From an uncultured Alphaproteobacteria bacterium (GTDB lineage: Bacteria > Pseudomonadota > Alphaproteobacteria > HIMB59), in assembly GCA_902509695.1 (NCBI GenBank), contig CABWYP010000001.1, positions 31,932 to 95,931 of the forward strand: 64,000 bases of DNA, given 5' to 3'. How positions within the stretch are numbered: the first letter of the stretch is position 1; the number at the start of each line of letters is the position of its first letter. The notes beneath the pieces are model-generated. The model was given only the letters and a program-made list of their open reading frames with translations, ran no database searches and was not told the DNA's origin. Of this stretch, positions 60,291 through 64,000 are shown one piece after another. A program made the translations under genes and the position numbers.

Positions 60291-61718
60291 ATGAAGAAAA
60301 TAAAAAAATTCTTCGGCGTAGGTAATCGAAAAGCTCATAACACAGCTGCATTAATTGCTAACAAAGAAGGAAAGATCAGGTTGGAAGAAGCACAACCTAA
60401 AGTTTCAGGTGATTTTAAAAGTATGACTAGAAGAAAACTTTTAAAGTTAGGTGGAACAGGTACTCTAGGTTTAGGTGCCCTAGCAATGCTTAACCAAAAT
60501 ACTGCACAAGCAGCCTCAAAAGATCCAATTCCAATTGGTTCTATGTACCCACTAACAGGTTGGGCTGCAGCTGATGGAGCGGGATACAAAAGAGGTATTG
60601 AATTAGCCTGTGAAGAAATCAATGACTACGGTGGAATTTTAGGTAGAAAGATCGAAAACCATTACGTCGATACCAAAGACATGAGCGCTGCCGAAGTTAC
60701 AGCAGCTGCAAATTACTTAATTGATAAACATAATGTCCATGCAATAATCAATGGTTACAATATCGGACCTAATGATGCTGAGTACGAACCTATTGCTGAT
60801 GCAGGAATTATCTATATGCATGTTAATACAGCTATTCAACATCACAACACCGTAGCCTCTGATCCTGATAGATACTTTGGTTGCTTCATGGCAGATCCAG
60901 CTGAGTATTGGTATGGAGCTGGTTATATTACCATGTTAGCTGACTTGAGAGATCAAGGTGTATGGGATATGCCAAATAATAAAGTAGGACTTATTATTGG
61001 TTCAATTCCTTATTCAGTTGTTATCGCAAACGCAATGAAAGATGCTGCTCCTGCTAAAGGATTTGAAATCGCTTTTGATGAAGTTGTACAAACTCCAACT
61101 CAAGAATGGGGACCTGTATTAGCTAAATTAAGAAAAGTCAATCCAGGCGCTATAGCAAACACTCACTTCTTTGCAGGTGATATAGCTCAGTGTCAGTTAC
61201 AGTTCGTAGATAATCCAACTAATAGTTTGTTCTATTATCAATATGGCGCTCTACTTAAATCTTTTAGAGATATTGCTGGAGATGCTTCAGTTGGAGCTAT
61301 GACAGGAACTGTTGATGGTCTTCTTTCTGACGATTATTCAAGAACATATGTTGAGGCTCATAAGAAAAAATTTGGACCTGATGCGGACTACCAACCTGGT
61401 GGTTTAAGTTATGGACCAATGCATCACTATGCTTTAGCCGCAGCTATTGCTGGTGGAACAGGCGAACCAGGTGATTATGATCAAAATAGAAAAATCGCAT
61501 GGGCTCTTAAAACATTTACTTATAGAGGTCCAAACGGGTCTTATTGGTATCACCCTGAGCATCAAGCAACTATGCCATATCCAACTTGGACTCGTGACCC
61601 TTCTTTAGGTCATCCGCATATGCTTCAACAAATACAAGATAAAAACAAAGACCCTGTTGTTATTTATCCTGAGCCATACATTGTTGGAAATTATCAAGTT
61701 CCATCTTGGTTTAAATAA
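60291..61718 (+). CDS. Liv/amide-type ABC substrate-binding protein with Tat signal
   Basis: TRRKLLK Tat motif and AQA cleavage site, IPIG..YPLTG..A.DG, EEIN..GGILGR. Confidence 0.85.
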   Translation: MKKIKKFFGVGNRKAHNTAALIANKEGKIRLEEAQPKVSGDFKSMTRRKLLKLGGTGTLGLGALAMLNQNTAQAASKDPIPIGSMYPLTGWAAADGAGYKRGIELACEEINDYGGILGRKIENHYVDTKDMSAAEVTAAANYLIDKHNVHAIINGYNIGPNDAEYEPIADAGIIYMHVNTAIQHHNTVASDPDRYFGCFMADPAEYWYGAGYITMLADLRDQGVWDMPNNKVGLIIGSIPYSVVIANAMKDAAPAKGFEIAFDEVVQTPTQEWGPVLAKLRKVNPGAIANTHFFAGDIAQCQLQFVDNPTNSLFYYQYGALLKSFRDIAGDASVGAMTGTVDGLLSDDYSRTYVEAHKKKFGPDADYQPGGLSYGPMHHYALAAAIAGGTGEPGDYDQNRKIAWALKTFTYRGPNGSYWYHPEHQATMPYPTWTRDPSLGHPHMLQQIQDKNKDPVVIYPEPYIVGNYQVPSWFK

Positions 61719-61726
61719 ATCTATTT

Positions 61727-61759
61727 TTCAATGGGTAGCTTATTTTGCTACCCATTGAA
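61727..61759 (+). terminator. Stem-loop after SBP gene
   Basis: TTCAATGGGTAGC-TTATTTT-GCTACCCATTGAA, 13-bp perfect stem. Confidence 0.7.
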
Positions 61760-61793
61760 GTTATCAAAAACTACATTGGGATAATTATAATTT

Positions 61794-63128
61794 ATGAATA
61801 CTGGATTTAAAAATTTATCATTAAACAAGGCGAAGTTAAATTTTTTTCAATCTGGTGATAAAGAATCTATATCTCAAGATGACTCACTCTTGACTTGTCA
61901 CAGAGTCTCAAAATCTTTTGGTGCCTTAAAAGCAGTAAATCAATTAAGTTTTGAAGTTCCTGAAGGTATTGTATTTGGTATTGGTGGTCCCAATGGTGCA
62001 GGTAAAACTACATTATTTGATTTGATATGTGGTGTTCAAAAAGTAAATAATGGTGAGGTAATTTTTAATAAACAAAATATTACAAATCAACAGCCTCATA
62101 AAATTTGTCATACTGGCATTGCAAGAACTTTTCAATTAAATGCTGCATTTGAAACTATGACTGTTAGAGAAAATGTTATGGTTGGCATTCATCATGGTGT
62201 GGAAAATAAAGAAATACCTAATCTTTATTTTTCAAGACAAGATGTCATTAATGCAGACTCAGCATTGTCGCTTGTAGGTTTATCTGATATTGCAGATAAA
62301 GTTGTATCAACACTTACACATTTAGAACTTAAACTTTTAATGATAGCCTCAGCTATAACAACTAATCCTAAATTATTATTATTAGATGAGCCAGTAGGAG
62401 GATTAATTCCAAATGAAATTGAAAAAATTGAAAAGGTTGTTGCAAGATTGGTTAAAGAAAAAGGATTAACTATAATTCTTATTGAACATGTTATGAGATT
62501 TTTAGTGGGACTCTCTGACGAAGTAATGATTATGAATCATGGAGAAAAATTATATCAAGGTCAAGCAGAAGAAATGATTAATGATAAAAAAGTTATAGAG
62601 GTTTATTTAGGTGAGGGCACTTCAGCAAATTTTCAAAAACTTAAAAAGAAAAAAGATAATATTTTGGATGAAGATGAAAATTTAAGTTTAGTTGAAGAAA
62701 TAAAGGATGAGTGGTCCAAAGATGTCGAAATTGCAGCTAAATCACTTATGACTCAAAAAAAGATTGGAAAAATTTATCCAATAGATTTTTTAAAGCTTTC
62801 TAAAATAATTGATCGTAAAACTGACACCAATAAGTCAACTAAAATTGCAAGAATTGCTGAGTCTTTGATTAAAGCGCATAATAATTCTGAGGATTTATCT
62901 CAACTATTTGAGATGTTATCAAGAGCAATTTCTGAAACTTCTTCGTTGAGGAGTAGTTATAAAAAAATAAAAAAACCTATTAGCGATGAAGATAATTCAA
63001 ATAATAGATCTAAATTAATCGAAGAAGCTGCTCTTAAATTAATTCATTCGAAAGATAATAAAAAAGATACTGAAAAAGATATGGAGTTTTTGAAACAAGC
63101 TTTAATATGGGAAAAGAAAAATGATTAA
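61794..63128 (+). CDS. livG: LivG-type ABC ATPase with C-terminal triple-repeat extension
   Basis: GPNGAGKTT, GIARTFQ, LLLLDEP, IEH.M, VIEVYLG, then about 170 extra residues. Confidence 0.85.
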   Translation: MNTGFKNLSLNKAKLNFFQSGDKESISQDDSLLTCHRVSKSFGALKAVNQLSFEVPEGIVFGIGGPNGAGKTTLFDLICGVQKVNNGEVIFNKQNITNQQPHKICHTGIARTFQLNAAFETMTVRENVMVGIHHGVENKEIPNLYFSRQDVINADSALSLVGLSDIADKVVSTLTHLELKLLMIASAITTNPKLLLLDEPVGGLIPNEIEKIEKVVARLVKEKGLTIILIEHVMRFLVGLSDEVMIMNHGEKLYQGQAEEMINDKKVIEVYLGEGTSANFQKLKKKKDNILDEDENLSLVEEIKDEWSKDVEIAAKSLMTQKKIGKIYPIDFLKLSKIIDRKTDTNKSTKIARIAESLIKAHNNSEDLSQLFEMLSRAISETSSLRSSYKKIKKPISDEDNSNNRSKLIEEAALKLIHSKDNKKDTEKDMEFLKQALIWEKKND

Positions 63129-63145
63129 AATTTATATAGTCCAAA

Positions 63146-63862
63146 ATGGCATCTGAAGCATTAAGAATAGATAATCTTTCCTCAGGTTATGGAGCAAGAA
63201 GAGTAATCAAAGACCTTTCTATGGTTATTGAAGAGGGTTCTGTGGTGGGCATTATTGGACCAAATGGACATGGTAAGTCAACTTTAGTAAAAACTATATC
63301 TGGACTGGTTTCAAACATGGAAGGGAAAATATATTTAAAAAATGTATCTGTAGATGATTTATCTACCAATGAAAGAGTTGAAAAAGGTCTTATTCAAATT
63401 CCTCAAGGAGATTTAATATTTCCAGATATGACAGTTGAGGAAAATCTCTTTTTAGGAGGTTACCTCATAGACGATAGACAAGAGCTTGAAAGAAGATTAG
63501 AGAGAGTATACTCAATTTTTGACAGGCTTTTAGAGAGAAGAAAACAAGTATCTAGAACTTTATCTGGTGGTGAAAGAAGAATGTTAAGTATAGGCAGAGG
63601 TCTTATGTCAGAGGGATATTTAATGATATTAGATGAACCCTCTTTAGGCCTTGCCCCCAAAATAATTGATCAAGTTTATGAAATAATAGCCAATCTAAAA
63701 GAAATTAGTCCAACATTGCTTGTAATCGAAGAAAACCCTACAAGATTGCAAAATATAGCCGATTATATTTATTTGCTAGATGATGGGGAGTTTGTTTGGC
63801 AGGGAAGACCTGAGGAACTTAGAAAGAATGAAAGTATAATAAATACTTACTTAGGAATTTAA
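63146..63862 (+). CDS. livF: LivF-type ABC ATPase
   Basis: GPNGHGKST, MTVEENL.LG, LSGGERRML.IGR.LM, LDEPSLGLAP, YLG. Confidence 0.9.
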   Translation: MASEALRIDNLSSGYGARRVIKDLSMVIEEGSVVGIIGPNGHGKSTLVKTISGLVSNMEGKIYLKNVSVDDLSTNERVEKGLIQIPQGDLIFPDMTVEENLFLGGYLIDDRQELERRLERVYSIFDRLLERRKQVSRTLSGGERRMLSIGRGLMSEGYLMILDEPSLGLAPKIIDQVYEIIANLKEISPTLLVIEENPTRLQNIADYIYLLDDGEFVWQGRPEELRKNESIINTYLGI

Positions 63863-63864
63863 AA

Positions 63865-64000
63865 ATGGATATTTTTTTACAAATAGTTTTTAGTGGTCTA
63901 GCTGTGGGTTCAATGTATGCAGTGGGTGCGATTGCACTTTCACTTCTTTGGGGAACTATGGGTATGTTAAATATAGCACATACCGCCTTTATTGCCCTTG
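63865..64000 (+). CDS. livH: LivH-type permease (partial, runs off the window)
   Basis: Manual translation MDIFLQIVFSGLAVGSMYAVGAIALSLLWGTMGMLNIAH... Confidence 0.85.
   Translation, partial: MDIFLQIVFSGLAVGSMYAVGAIALSLLWGTMGMLNIAHTAFIAL

Noticed and set aside
1227-63660. Short overlapping ORFs in the track (e.g. 1227-1481, 3789-4061, 7569-7958, 39954-40250, 46958-47302, 51316-51618)
   Set aside because: They overlap well-supported genes on the opposite strand or in another frame and show no family motifs.
1-64000. CRISPR arrays, IS elements, prophage or defence systems
   Set aside because: No regularly spaced repeats and no transposase, integrase or phage structural motifs; the spacers are too short to hide an array.

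Overview
Gene-dense, AT-rich bacterial DNA (roughly 30% GC by eye) with very short intergenic spacers. Gene content (zeta ATPase inhibitor, ETF/ETF-QO, tmoXWV-tdm, bhmT, thiBPQ) points to a streamlined marine alphaproteobacterium of SAR11/HIMB59-like type; this is an inference. I saw no CRISPR array, transposase or prophage. Most of the window concerns C1/C2 and methylated-compound metabolism. (1) After tRNA-Glu comes an oxalate/formyl-CoA module: sgaA, panE-like, sucCD, a TTT transporter, GntR, a non-canonical HACL/Oxc-type ThDP enzyme, frc and a stand-alone ALDH1L1-N-terminal-like formyltransferase. It is tied together by two palindromic operator families visible in the sequence. (2) A 10-gene Mrp/Mbh-order antiporter cluster. 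(3) A TPP riboswitch with thiBPQ. (4) bhmT plus an ATPase-less betaine-type ABC system, a choline-kinase-like gene and a DMG-dehydrogenase-like gene. (5) etfBA/ETF-QO and an operon ending in a minimal malonyl-CoA-decarboxylase-like protein. (6) tmoXWV-SMR-tdm. (7) A flotillin-N,N-dimethylformamidase operon with two alpha-like subunits and an unlisted 55-aa membrane ORF, divergent from a Liv-type ABC transporter whose ATPase carries three 32-aa repeats. All family calls come from motif recognition and recalled sequences, not database searches.
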